A stretch of DNA of 32,000 nucleotides, taken from NCBI GenBank assembly GCA_000091165.1, contig FP565575.1:2610001-2642000 (forward strand), given 5' to 3'. Below, piece by piece: positions 1-8,616 of the stretch; position 1 is the first letter of the stretch, and the number at the start of each line of letters is the position of its first letter. The notes beneath the pieces are model-generated. The model had not been told where the DNA came from, did no database searches, and saw only the letters and a list, made by a program, of their open reading frames with translations. This DNA is from Candidatus Methylomirabilis oxygeniifera (GTDB lineage: Bacteria; Methylomirabilota; Methylomirabilia; Methylomirabilales; Methylomirabilaceae). The translations under genes and the position numbers were made by a program.

Positions 1-1479
1 CAGACGGGTCAGCTTGGCGAACTCCGGAATATAGGCCCCAAGTACGCCAAGTTCATGCATGCTCCGAAGTGTGGCGGCCACCCCCTTCGGCTCTCGCAGG
101 ACGGTCAGGAAAAAGCCAAGGGCCCGGCTCGAGCGTCGTACCCCCTCATCGATGAAATGCGTATCGGCCCTGATAGCGTCCTGGATCTCCTGGCTCAACG
201 TGTACCCCATCTGCTGCGCATACCAGAAAACCTTCAGCAACCGGACGGGGTCATCCTGAAACAGGCCCCGATGTTTTGGCGACACGTATATGCACCGATC
301 GATTTCTGTTAAATCATCGCCGATATCGCGAGCCTTCAGCCTCCGTATCACCCTCTCCACCTGCGACCTCCCTTGCGTGCAGCGCGAGATCACCTGCGCC
401 GATAACTGCGAGATATCCTTTGCAGCCAGATAATAGCGCTGCATGAACTGTTCTACCCCGTACGAACGAGCCGTATCCAGAAACCCAAGGTTGGCCGCCA
501 CCTGCTCTTGCACGGAGAGCGAGAGTACGTCGTTCTTGCCCCGGTGCAGGTAATGAAGTTCATTCCGCAGGCGGAGCACGAAATCCAGGGCCAGGTCCCA
601 CCGTTCGCGCTCCTCCTGTCCAAGTAGCCCTTTTTGCGCCAATTCAGACGACGTACCGACTCGCTGAGTGATCCTGGCAATACAAAGGGCAGCGTGAAGA
701 TCTCTCAGGCCGCCGGGACCTTCCTTGATGTGCGGCTCCTGCACATAGATCGATGTGCCGTACCGGTAGTGGCGTTGATGTAACTCCTCGATCTTTTGCT
801 TGACGAGGGTGTCGGCGTGCTTGTACAAGACCGATCGTCCCAATTTCGCGCTGAACGCCTGATAGATTGCCGGGTCGCCGGCGAGGTGTCGGGCTTCTAT
901 CATCGAGCTGCAAGAGGGCAGGTCCGTTCGAGCCATCCGTACACAGTCATCAATAGAGCGGCAACAATGTCCTACGACGAACCCCACGTCCCAGAGAGTA
1001 CTCAACACCGGATGGAGGATCGTGTCCAGATAGGTATCGGCCCTTCGGGGGTACACAAACATAAGATCGACGTCGGAGGCCGGATTCATCTCCCGCCGGC
1101 CATAGCCGCCCAGAGCGATCAGCGCGCACCCGTCGCTGCGCCGCCTCAACGTCGGATCACAGGCTGTTTCTGACAGTTGAAAGAGTGAGGTGACGACCGC
1201 ATCAGTAAGTGTGGCGATGGATCGAACTACCGCCTGCCCGGTTCCCCCATTCCGATGGATCTCAAGAATCCGGGCCCGCTCATCGGCGATGAACCCTCTG
1301 AGGACCGAAATGAGACCGTTGGCCGCATGGCCGCCTTGCAGCAGGGAGTGCAGAGTGCCGGCCAGCGTTGAACACTCTACGGAGGCCGTGGGCGTATCGC
1401 CGGTAGGACTCGCGGCATTCGCCCCTCGGTGTCGCAGCAATGCGAAACGGCCCTTTGTGATGACCTGAAATCGTTTCAT
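1..1479 (-). CDS. glnD: [protein-PII] uridylyltransferase/uridylyl-removing enzyme, N-terminal ~493 aa; gene continues past the left edge
   Basis: Absent from the ORF track because it has no stop inside the window. Manual minus-strand translation from the ATG at 1479-1477 stays open to base 1: MKRFQVITKGRF...CALIALGGYGRREMNPASDVDLMFVYP...YVQEPHIKEGPGGLRDLHAALCIARI...FMQRYYLAAKDI. It shows the GGYGRxE...SDVDL nucleotidyltransferase motif and the GlnD-type EPxIKxGxGGLRD box. Confidence 0.85.
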   Translation of the reverse strand, partial: MKRFQVITKGRFALLRHRGANAASPTGDTPTASVECSTLAGTLHSLLQGGHAANGLISVLRGFIADERARILEIHRNGGTGQAVVRSIATLTDAVVTSLFQLSETACDPTLRRRSDGCALIALGGYGRREMNPASDVDLMFVYPRRADTYLDTILHPVLSTLWDVGFVVGHCCRSIDDCVRMARTDLPSCSSMIEARHLAGDPAIYQAFSAKLGRSVLYKHADTLVKQKIEELHQRHYRYGTSIYVQEPHIKEGPGGLRDLHAALCIARITQRVGTSSELAQKGLLGQEERERWDLALDFVLRLRNELHYLHRGKNDVLSLSVQEQVAANLGFLDTARSYGVEQFMQRYYLAAKDISQLSAQVISRCTQGRSQVERVIRRLKARDIGDDLTEIDRCIYVSPKHRGLFQDDPVRLLKVFWYAQQMGYTLSQEIQDAIRADTHFIDEGVRRSSRALGFFLTVLREPKGVAATLRSMHELGVLGAYIPEFAKLTRL

Positions 1480-1510
1480 TGTCAATCCGTACTGGCGTTC
1501 TGAGCGTCGA

Positions 1511-1557
1511 ATTGCGAGTTTTGTGTTTCGAGTTCTTCACTCAACACTCAACACTTG
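1511..1557. repeat. imperfect palindrome of GAGTT-like units facing tandem ACTCAAC units
   Basis: attgcgagttttgtgtttcgagttcttc ACTCAAC ACTCAAC ACT, about 30-80 nt upstream of the glnD start. Same motif family as 13411-13491. Confidence 0.55.
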
Positions 1558-1610
1558 CAGTCTGCTGTTAGTATAGGCGGGCCTGCCGGACAGGGTCAAG
1601 GTGTATGTAA

Positions 1611-1688
1611 AGCCGTCAGCCATCAGCACTCAGCCGTCAACTCCGGACAAAACCGTGGGCACACCAGAAAAGCTGACAGTTGATAGCT
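1611..1688. repeat. inverted pair of GTCAGC/ATCAGC low-complexity motifs
   Basis: agccgtcagccatcagcactcagccgtcaac (1611-1641) versus agctgacagttgatagct (1671-1688; reverse complement agctatcaactgtcagct). Related strings occur at 18296-18318 and 26885-26908. Confidence 0.55.
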
Positions 1689-1835
1689 TCCTTATGGGGC
1701 GTAGCCGTGCTAAATTAGGGCTGGCATCAAGAATCCTGGAGCCTATCCTGTGGGTTCATCAATGCCACTTGGATCATTGCCAACGACGTGATGATGGGCG
1801 AGGCAGTGTAGCGAGGCGCTGGAAAGGGGATAACC

Positions 1836-2252
1836 ATGCTGGGGTTTCAGCTTGCGATTACCTTCCACCTTGTAGGGATTATTTTCTGGCTTGGCGGCTT
1901 GAGCGCCAGACTGGTCCTCCTCGCCTCTGCCCAGTCCGGCACCGAGGCGGGATGGCGATCCCAACTCTGCCGGCTCCAGCGAAAGATTCACTTGATGATG
2001 GAGACGCCCGGCTTTACGGTTGCCCTGATAGCCGGACTGTACTTGACCCATGCGACCAGGGTTACCCCGTCCCTGCCCTGGTTTAGGGCCAAGATTGCAT
2101 TGATCCTCGGTATCATTGTGATCGGCCTGCTCACCTCACGCCAGTTTAAGACCTTCAACGCGAGCGGACGGGCAGGACACGCCATGGGACTCTTTGCCGG
2201 CCTTGTTGTCTTTACCCTGTTGACGCTGGTCGCCGTACTGACCAAATTTTGA
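1836..2252 (+). CDS. small 4-TM membrane protein, HemJ/CopD-like (UPF0093-like); function uncertain
   Basis: 138-aa ORF with a GGAAAGGGGA RBS about 5 nt upstream of the ATG and four hydrophobic segments. The first helix ITFHLVGIIFWLGGL resembles the His-bearing first helix of HemJ-type proteins (..FHLIGIVVWFAGL.., from memory). RLQRKIHLMMETPGF and PWFRAKIALILG align loosely with the later HemJ helices. Confidence 0.45.
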   Translation: MLGFQLAITFHLVGIIFWLGGLSARLVLLASAQSGTEAGWRSQLCRLQRKIHLMMETPGFTVALIAGLYLTHATRVTPSLPWFRAKIALILGIIVIGLLTSRQFKTFNASGRAGHAMGLFAGLVVFTLLTLVAVLTKF

Positions 2253-2281
2253 TAAAGGTCTCGTTACGCTCGAGATCCGCG

Positions 2282-3109
2282 ATGACGCGGCCGTTACCCG
2301 TTCTCATGCTGACCCTGTTGCTTACCGGAGGGTGCGTGGAGGCGCTGGAAAACAGCCTCATCTTCTTCCCGGACAAGCGGATTGAAGCAACGCCGCACAA
2401 CTTGGACTTGGCCTACGAAGAGATATCCTTTACGACCCAGGATGGGGTGCGTCTGAACGGCTGGTGGATTCCCGGGGCCGGGTCGCCCTTCACACTCCTC
2501 TGGTTCCACGGTAACGGCGGCAATATCAGCTATCGACTGGACAATATCAAGCGCCGCCATGATCTGCTGGGGACCAGCATCTTCATCTTCGACTATCGCG
2601 GGTATGGCCGGAGCGAAGGTCGGACGTCAGAGGAGGGAACCTATCGGGATGGTGATGCGGCAATCCGGTATCTGCGTAGTCGTGGGGACGTAGACCCCAA
2701 TAAGATCGTCTTCCTTGGCGAATCGCTCGGGAGCGCCGTGGCGGTCGAGATGGCGATCCGGCACGGCTGTGCCGCCCTGGTCCTGGAGTCGCCCTTCCTC
2801 TCTATTGCGGAGATGGCGAAGGTGACCTTCCCGCTCCTCCCCATCGGCTCTTTCATCCAGACTAAATACGACACCCTCTCCAAGATCGGACAGGTCAGCG
2901 TTCCACTCCTGATCGTCCATGGCGACAGCGATGAGATCGTTCCGTTCCGGCATGGGCAACGCCTCTTTGAATCCGCGAACGAACCGAAGGAGTTCTACCG
3001 CATCAAGGACGCCCACCATAACGATCTCTACGTGGTGGGCGGCACGGCCTACCTGGAGACCCTCAACCGTTTCCTCAGTAGGATGATCGGGGATACACCC
3101 TCGCCGTAA
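2282..3109 (+). CDS. alpha/beta serine hydrolase (Bem46/ABHD13-like), predicted lipoprotein
   Basis: The ORF-track entry starts at TTG 2249; I prefer ATG 2282 (MTRPLPVLMLTLLLTGGC = signal peptide plus lipobox Cys). WFHGNGGNISYR, the GESLGS nucleophile elbow (GxSxG), HGDSDEIVP (Asp) and DAHHND (His) give a Ser-Asp-His triad. Confidence 0.8.
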   Translation: MTRPLPVLMLTLLLTGGCVEALENSLIFFPDKRIEATPHNLDLAYEEISFTTQDGVRLNGWWIPGAGSPFTLLWFHGNGGNISYRLDNIKRRHDLLGTSIFIFDYRGYGRSEGRTSEEGTYRDGDAAIRYLRSRGDVDPNKIVFLGESLGSAVAVEMAIRHGCAALVLESPFLSIAEMAKVTFPLLPIGSFIQTKYDTLSKIGQVSVPLLIVHGDSDEIVPFRHGQRLFESANEPKEFYRIKDAHHNDLYVVGGTAYLETLNRFLSRMIGDTPSP

Positions 3110-3119
3110 CCACCTTGTG

Positions 3120-5021
3120 TCATCTCCCTACTATTTCCGGTCTCGCCGGTGGCGTCAGTGGGAAACATATTGTAAAACAGCTCCCGCAGCCTGCGCCATC
3201 TGAGGCGGCCCAGATCCGCCCGCCGTGCAGCTCGACGAGCTGTTTCGTAAGCGCAAGGCCGAGGCCGGTTCCATGGTACTGCTTGGCGAGGGTGGGGTCC
3301 AGTTGGGTGAAGGGCTGAAAGAGCCTGGACAGGTTCTCCGCCGTGATCCCGATCCCGGTATCCGCCACGGCGATTTCTACGAACTCGCCAGGGTAGAGGG
3401 TATCGGGTATAGGGTTTAGGCGAGCGCCTTCACTAGACCCTATGTGTGCGGTGACCGTAATCCGGCCGCCTTCGGGGGTAAACTTGATGGCGTTGGAGAG
3501 AAGGTTGTAGATGATCTGTTTGAATCGGAGGGGGTCGGCAGTAAGGGGAACCAGGGCGGTGTCCGCGTGCAGCGTCAGCGTCAAGTGCTTCTGGTCGGCC
3601 AACGGCCGGATGTCGGCGAGGGCGGCCAAAATCGCTTTATCGATGTCGAAAGGCTCCGGGTGCAACTGGAGCTTACCCGCCTCGACTTTCGCGAGGTCAA
3701 GAAGATCGTTCGTGATGACGAGCAGGTGCTTACCGCCTGCCTGGATGTGGGTGAGGTGCCGGGCTTGCTGCTCATTGAGCGATCCGATGGCTGGGTTTCG
3801 CAGGAGCTCTGAGAAGCCGAGGATTGCGTTGAGCGGTGTCCGCAGCTCATGCGACATGTGGGTCAGGAACTCGGATTTGTGGCGGGAGGCCGCTTCAAGT
3901 TGCGCGTTCACCGCGCGCAGCTCTCGCGTCCGCTCATCGACGACGGCTTCGAGCTCGCCGGCGTGGCGTCGCTGTACCTCCTCACTCTGTTGCAGCGTGG
4001 CGATATCCTGTTTGATCGCGCGAACAATCACGATCCCAAGCCACACCGCGACGGCGATCACCAGCGCAATGAAACCGATCGTCGTGTCCTGCCCATTCCG
4101 TAACGCGCCGATGCGTGCCTGTAGCGCCCCTTCCAGGTCTATCATCGCTTGATCGAGCAGCGCGAACTGCCCGTCAATCGCCTGGGTGAATATCGCAAAG
4201 TAATCGGTCGGCGAATAGCTCAGCTTCTCGGCTTCCACCACCTGGGTTCTGGCCACATATGCCGCCCTCTGCGCGAGTATCATGCTTCCCTGTGCGATGT
4301 GGCTCAGACGGGTCTTCATCTGAGGGTTCAGCGCCATCGCCTTGTCTAACTCGCGCTCCATGTACTCGTGTTGCCTCTCGACATTGCTGATAAGACCGAT
4401 CAGCGCGGTGCGATCCGCCAGGGTAATGCGCTTCTCCGCTAAAAGGAGCATACCGCGCGCCCGCGCCTGGCCGAGGAATTCGGTGAGGGTCGGCATGTGA
4501 ACCAATAGCGCCATGGTGAGGTGGTAGTCATGACCGGTTGGGTCGTACGAGAGGCCGAAGTAATCCAACATCAGATCGAGCAGCTTCAGATTGTCGCTGA
4601 TGAGTGCCGTATGGGCGGCAAAACTCTCCTCACCGGAGATCGAGCACGAGGAGACGCCGTTCGCAAGCCGCCTCCAGGCATCGAATGCCCCGCGCCAGGC
4701 GGCGGTGAGTCCGGGATCATGGATGTCGGACGTGACGATCGCATCAAACGCCTCAACCGTCTTGTCGGTTTCGGTTTGCTTGGCGGCGCGTTGCGCCTCC
4801 ATTATCGTGTTGCCGCCCAGAACGCCGGCTGAGAGCCCCCGGTGCTGTTGCTGTAATTGCACCATCCTCAGTAGCGCTTTTGACGGTGCAATCCCGATAT
4901 GCTTCAGGCCGGCCGATCGCAGCGCCCTGCTGCTTTGCACCATGTACATGGTCAGCGGCGCCGCCACCAGGGCAAGGCACACCAGTCCGAACCCGAGTAG
5001 CAATCTGGCTCTTATTGTCAT
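3120..5021 (-). CDS. sensor histidine kinase with periplasmic NIT (nitrate/nitrite-sensing type) domain
   Basis: 633 aa with an N-terminal TM. NIT-like signatures are MVQLQQQHRGLSAGVLGG and, in the second half, LGQARARGMLLL. A second TM (TIGFIALVIAVAVWLGIVIV) and a coiled coil follow. The HisKA H-box is SHELRTPLNAILGFSELL; HATPase boxes are NLLSNAIKFTPEGG, DTGIGI and GTGLGLAL. No response-regulator gene is adjacent. Confidence 0.85.
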   Translation of the reverse strand: MTIRARLLLGFGLVCLALVAAPLTMYMVQSSRALRSAGLKHIGIAPSKALLRMVQLQQQHRGLSAGVLGGNTIMEAQRAAKQTETDKTVEAFDAIVTSDIHDPGLTAAWRGAFDAWRRLANGVSSCSISGEESFAAHTALISDNLKLLDLMLDYFGLSYDPTGHDYHLTMALLVHMPTLTEFLGQARARGMLLLAEKRITLADRTALIGLISNVERQHEYMERELDKAMALNPQMKTRLSHIAQGSMILAQRAAYVARTQVVEAEKLSYSPTDYFAIFTQAIDGQFALLDQAMIDLEGALQARIGALRNGQDTTIGFIALVIAVAVWLGIVIVRAIKQDIATLQQSEEVQRRHAGELEAVVDERTRELRAVNAQLEAASRHKSEFLTHMSHELRTPLNAILGFSELLRNPAIGSLNEQQARHLTHIQAGGKHLLVITNDLLDLAKVEAGKLQLHPEPFDIDKAILAALADIRPLADQKHLTLTLHADTALVPLTADPLRFKQIIYNLLSNAIKFTPEGGRITVTAHIGSSEGARLNPIPDTLYPGEFVEIAVADTGIGITAENLSRLFQPFTQLDPTLAKQYHGTGLGLALTKQLVELHGGRIWAASDGAGCGSCFTICFPLTPPARPEIVGR

Positions 5022-5176
5022 GCGGTTAGTGCGCCACGACGAACGAATTGCACGGCGCCGATTTCACATCGTTGTGATTGTCTTCAACCGGCAGGAATGC
5101 TATCAGGTTTCTAATCGGCGGGGATCGTCTCCTCCGAGCAGATAGTATACACGACGACACACGTCGCAGCCAGTCT

Positions 5177-5266
5177 GTTATTCCGGGCTTGTCCCGGAAT
5201 CCGATACGTTTCTGGATTCCCGCTTTCCGCTTCAGACATGCGGGAACAAGTTTCGCGGGAATGCCG
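5177..5266. repeat. CGTCATT-family multi-hairpin intergenic element, copy 1 (degenerate left end)
   Basis: gttattccgggcttgtcccggaatcc...ttctggattcccgctttccgc...tttcgcgggaatgccg. It shares ATTCCGG..CCGGAATCC, TTCTGGATTCC and GCTTTCGC..ATG.CG blocks with the copies at 11841 and 28730. Confidence 0.75.
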
Positions 5267-5318
5267 TTCATTGTTGTGACTCTCGACCTACGTACAGGAG
5301 GTCGAGAATACGCCTCCG

Positions 5319-6164
5319 CTATGTGACCGTAACCCGCAAATAGAGGTCGCCGTGCGTTCCATCCCGGCCTTCAAGCCCTTTGCCCTTCAACCGCAGCCTG
5401 GTTCCGGATCGGGTGCCGGGAGGGATCGCCACCATCAGCTCTTCGATCTGGTCGCCCCGCATGAAGCTGACGCGCTTGCGCACGCCGGAAGCGGCCTCTT
5501 GAGCGGTAATGGTCAGATGATACCGGAGATTCTGGCCCCCCTCGGCGGAGTCTGAATCCCCGGCGCTCCACCGTTTCACCACGTCAAAGCCCGCCTTAAG
5601 CCCGCGTCCGATTACGGAAAGCAGGCCGCCTGATCCTGTTAGCTGATTGCTGTTCGCTGAGAGCTGAGCGCTGTCTTTCTTCACCGCCATGCGAGAGGCG
5701 CGTCGTCGGAGCACTCCGATCGGCGCGCCCATAAAGACGCCGCCGAAGACAAATCCGCGACTCCCGAAGAAGACCTGGCGCACGAAGGCGTCATCGAATC
5801 GGATGCCGGCTCTGGCGAATTCACGGTTCATCTCAGCAAAGATCGACGACATGGCAGGATTGGAGAAGAGATCCCGGAAGATCTCCTCCTGAGAGTACTG
5901 AAATCCACCTGCTTGGCCGCCCACCCCGGCCTGGGTCCCGCGAAAGGCATCGTACTGCCGTCGCTTGCCCTGATCCATCAGGACGGCATACGCTTCGCTG
6001 ATCGCTTTGAATCGCTCCCCCGCTTTGGGATCTCCCGGATTCTTGTCGGGGTGGTGCTGGAGCGCGAGTCGCCGGTACGCCCTGCGCAGCTCCTCCTCCG
6101 TGGCCTGCTCCGTGACGCCGAGAGTAGTGTAATAGTCTTTCCCGTTATCGCGCATGCGGGCCAT
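5319..6164 (-). CDS. J-domain co-chaperone (DnaJ/CbpA-like, no zinc-finger domain)
   Basis: The ATG at 6164 ([17 protein letters not shown]) lies 5 nt after the stop of the upstream gene. It has a J domain with HPD ([13 protein letters not shown]...[11 protein letters not shown]), a Gly-rich linker ([13 protein letters not shown]) and a DnaJ-type C-terminal beta domain (RLRLKGKGL...GDLYLRVTV). The ORF-track start at 6245 overlaps the upstream gene and is rejected. Confidence 0.8.
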   Translation of the reverse strand: MARMRDNGKDYYTTLGVTEQATEEELRRAYRRLALQHHPDKNPGDPKAGERFKAISEAYAVLMDQGKRRQYDAFRGTQAGVGGQAGGFQYSQEEIFRDLFSNPAMSSIFAEMNREFARAGIRFDDAFVRQVFFGSRGFVFGGVFMGAPIGVLRRRASRMAVKKDSAQLSANSNQLTGSGGLLSVIGRGLKAGFDVVKRWSAGDSDSAEGGQNLRYHLTITAQEAASGVRKRVSFMRGDQIEELMVAIPPGTRSGTRLRLKGKGLEGRDGTHGDLYLRVTVT

Positions 6165-6169
6165 GTCTG

Positions 6170-7126
6170 TTACTCCGGCTTCGGGTACAGCGCAAGATAA
6201 TCCTTGATGGCGTCGTGGGCGCTGCGGAACGCCAGGTCCTCCCACGGAATCCGGGTCGGGGGGAAGACCTGTGCATCGAGCGCTTCGTCCTTCGCGACAA
6301 GCTCGCCCCCAACCACGCGCGCCGCGTAGGCGACGATCACGACCCCTGAGTCCTCATAGGAGTAGACATTCAGGAGCCGGTCGATCTCGACATCAAGGTT
6401 GACCTCTTCTTTCGTTTCGCGAACGGCCGCCGCCTCGACCCGCTCGCCCTTATCGACGAAGCCGCCTGGAAAGACCCATTTGCCGTACGCCGGGGAGATC
6501 GCCCGCCGGACCAGTACGATCCCACCGTCAAGCGTAAACAGGGCGCCTGCCGCCACCTTTGGGTCAGGATACTGGATGAATGAGCAACCTTGACAGGCCG
6601 GCAGTTCCGGCCCGTCCGGCTTCAGCCGTCTGGGTGTAAGCGTCATCCCGCACCGCGGGCAATATCGGAACGAGTCGTCAGAGCGGTGCATATGGCCATG
6701 AGCGCGTTTGCCATCGCCGGACGCCTCGCGTTCCGATTGAGTTGCGCCCATCGGATCATCGCCATCCGATTCGGTGATCCGTTCCAGGATCACCTCGCCG
6801 ATCTTCGGATGGACGCCCAGCGGCCGGGTAATCCGGTAGGTGATGCCGGGGTGCCGGCCGGCCGCCTGCCTGACAAGGTCGGGAATGCCGACAGCGACGT
6901 GCTTTCCCGCGCTGAGGAAGTACGGGTGGACGATCACCTCATCGGCCCCATCGGCAACGCAGGCATCAAACCCCTGCTGGATGGTCGGCTCCCCAAGCTC
7001 CATGTGGGCGTAGTGCACGATGCGCAGGCCGAACTGCTCCCCCATCAGGCCGGCGACCTTACGGAGCAGGTCGTTTGATCCTTCGCGGCGGCTACCATGA
7101 TCAACGATAAGAAGGGCTTGTTTCAT
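6170..7126 (-). CDS. fusion protein: CbiX/SirB-type sirohydrochlorin chelatase + zinc-ribbon NUDIX hydrolase
   Basis: ATG at 7126. [14 protein letters not shown]...[14 protein letters not shown] matches a small CbiX chelatase with both active-site His regions. An acidic/His-rich linker follows (ESDGDDP...[13 protein letters not shown]), then a CPRCG...CQGC zinc ribbon and the Nudix box [24 protein letters not shown]. The frame is single and uninterrupted. Confidence 0.75.
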   Translation of the reverse strand: MKQALLIVDHGSRREGSNDLLRKVAGLMGEQFGLRIVHYAHMELGEPTIQQGFDACVADGADEVIVHPYFLSAGKHVAVGIPDLVRQAAGRHPGITYRITRPLGVHPKIGEVILERITESDGDDPMGATQSEREASGDGKRAHGHMHRSDDSFRYCPRCGMTLTPRRLKPDGPELPACQGCSFIQYPDPKVAAGALFTLDGGIVLVRRAISPAYGKWVFPGGFVDKGERVEAAAVRETKEEVNLDVEIDRLLNVYSYEDSGVVIVAYAARVVGGELVAKDEALDAQVFPPTRIPWEDLAFRSAHDAIKDYLALYPKPE

Positions 7127-7267
7127 ATACGCATAGTATACTACGCAGGATAGCAGGTGACAATCTTGCCCGCTAAGCGGACCTGTTCCAGCGCCAAAGT
7201 TTGACACACCTCCGGTGATTTTCTTAGAATACGTCATGGCCCAAGGGCCACCCATGCGTCATGAAAA

Positions 7268-7339
7268 CCCCCCTTTATCGAAGGGGGGCAGACGCTCCTC
7301 TTTTTCCCCCTTTGGGAAAGGGGGATCGAAGGGGGTTTG
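7268..7339. repeat. cluster of G5-6/C5-6 hairpins (CCCCCCTT-tatcg-AAGGGGGG; TCCCCCTTT-ggg-AAAGGGGGA; extra AAGGGGG)
   Basis: Perfect 8-bp (7268-7288) and 9-bp (7305-7325) stems read directly. The cluster lies in the divergent intergenic region between the cbiX-nudix fusion and pgeF. Confidence 0.85.
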
Positions 7340-7385
7340 TCCGAGGCTGACCGCTGAACGTTATTTTCAAAGGAATAGCTCCAAC

Positions 7386-8153
7386 ATGAAGATTCTTCGT
7401 CTGGAAGTGCCACACTGGCAACAATTTGACGGCCTGGTCCACGGCTTTCTTGGCCGTGTGAGCGGCCAGGATCGTTCGTCTAACGCCGCCTTTCGCCTGT
7501 CATCCGATAACGGCGACGACGCTGAAGCCGTCAAGTCCAACTGGTGCGAGTTAAAGATGGTGCTTCGTCTGCGCGACCTCGATATTATCACGGCCACGCA
7601 GGTTCACGGCAACGCGATCCTTCAGGTCTGCAGCGGGACCGGCAAACTAGCGGGGATCGGGGATGGGCTGATGACCGATGCGTCCAGCCTCTGCGTGGGG
7701 GTGATGGCGGCCGACTGCGTCCCGATCCTGTTCATGGAGCCAACGCGCAAGATTGCCGCCGCGGTCCATGCCGGATGGCGGGGGACGGCTGCGGGTATCG
7801 CCGCGCGGACGGTCGCGTCGATAGAAGAGGTGTATGGGATCGACTCCAACGCGCTTCATGTGGCAATGGGACCGTCGATCGGCCCTTGCTGTTACGAGGT
7901 GGGACCGGAGGTCGCAGCACAGATCGCAGCGAACTGGCGAGAGGAGTTAAGGGACGCCTGGAGGCCCGATGGGGTCAAGGGCCGCCTTGATCTGAGGGCT
8001 CTGAACGAGGCCCAGCTTCTCGGCGCGGGTATTCCTCAAATGCAGATCAGCAAGATCGGTCCCTGCACAGCCTGCCACATCAAAGATTTCTACTCCTACC
8101 GGAAAGAGGGAAAAAGCGGCCACCAATTAAGTTTCATTGGCTGGCGGGCGTAG
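7386..8153 (+). CDS. pgeF: peptidoglycan editing factor PgeF / YfiH (DUF152, laccase-domain protein)
   Basis: ATG at 7386 ([11 protein letters not shown]). The ORF-track extension from 7215 translates a G/C hairpin repeat. Family signatures: [43 protein letters not shown]. Confidence 0.85.
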   Translation: MKILRLEVPHWQQFDGLVHGFLGRVSGQDRSSNAAFRLSSDNGDDAEAVKSNWCELKMVLRLRDLDIITATQVHGNAILQVCSGTGKLAGIGDGLMTDASSLCVGVMAADCVPILFMEPTRKIAAAVHAGWRGTAAGIAARTVASIEEVYGIDSNALHVAMGPSIGPCCYEVGPEVAAQIAANWREELRDAWRPDGVKGRLDLRALNEAQLLGAGIPQMQISKIGPCTACHIKDFYSYRKEGKSGHQLSFIGWRA

Positions 8154-8160
8154 CTACGCG

Positions 8161-8574
8161 ATGCGATTCCGCACCGAATATCTGGTCTTCCATACCAAGC
8201 GGCAGCGCGACTACATCAACATCACCGGACAGATCGAGGCCGCGCTGAAGAAGAGCGGAGTCCAGGAGGGGATGATTCTGATCTCGGCGATGCACATTAC
8301 CGCGTCCGTCTATGTCAACGACGCCGAGGATGGGCTAATCCAGGATATCGACGAGTGGCTCGAACGGCTGGCCCCTTATCGGGACGACTACCGGCACCAT
8401 CGGACAGGTGAGATGAACGGAGACGCCCATCTAAAGAACCTTCTGCTGCACTATCAGGTCATCGTTCCCGTGACCGATGGCCGATTGGACCTTGGTCCGT
8501 GGCAGCAGATCTACTACGCAGAATTCGACGGCCAGCGCAAGAAGCGGGTGATCATTAAGGTGATGGGCGAATGA
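8161..8574 (+). CDS. yjbQ: YjbQ/UPF0047 family protein (secondary thiamine-phosphate synthase enzyme)
   Basis: ATG at 8161. [37 protein letters not shown] and [13 protein letters not shown] are typical of UPF0047. Confidence 0.8.
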   Translation: MRFRTEYLVFHTKRQRDYINITGQIEAALKKSGVQEGMILISAMHITASVYVNDAEDGLIQDIDEWLERLAPYRDDYRHHRTGEMNGDAHLKNLLLHYQVIVPVTDGRLDLGPWQQIYYAEFDGQRKKRVIIKVMGE

Positions 8575-8616
8575 AACCTAAGGGCCTGAACCTCGATGGT
8601 TGCTCTGCTACTGTCG

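Noticed and set aside
1601-2086. 161-aa plus-strand ORF
   Set aside because: It starts inside the GTCAGC repeat region and overlaps the better-supported membrane-protein ORF (1836-2252), which has an RBS and TM helices.
5026-5271. 81-aa ORF with IPAK..KAGIQ-like peptide (similarly 10561-10779 and 10642-10902)
   Set aside because: These are translations of the CGTCATT-family repeat elements. The reading frames are a by-product of the hairpin repeats, not genes.
7215-7385. N-terminal extensions proposed by the ORF track (7215 for pgeF; also 6165-6245, 7127-7255, 12000-12092, 14676-14714, 30112-30156, 30692-30892)
   Set aside because: The extensions overlap upstream genes or translate repeat DNA. 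Internal ATG/GTG codons with RBS-like sequences and family-typical N-termini give better starts.
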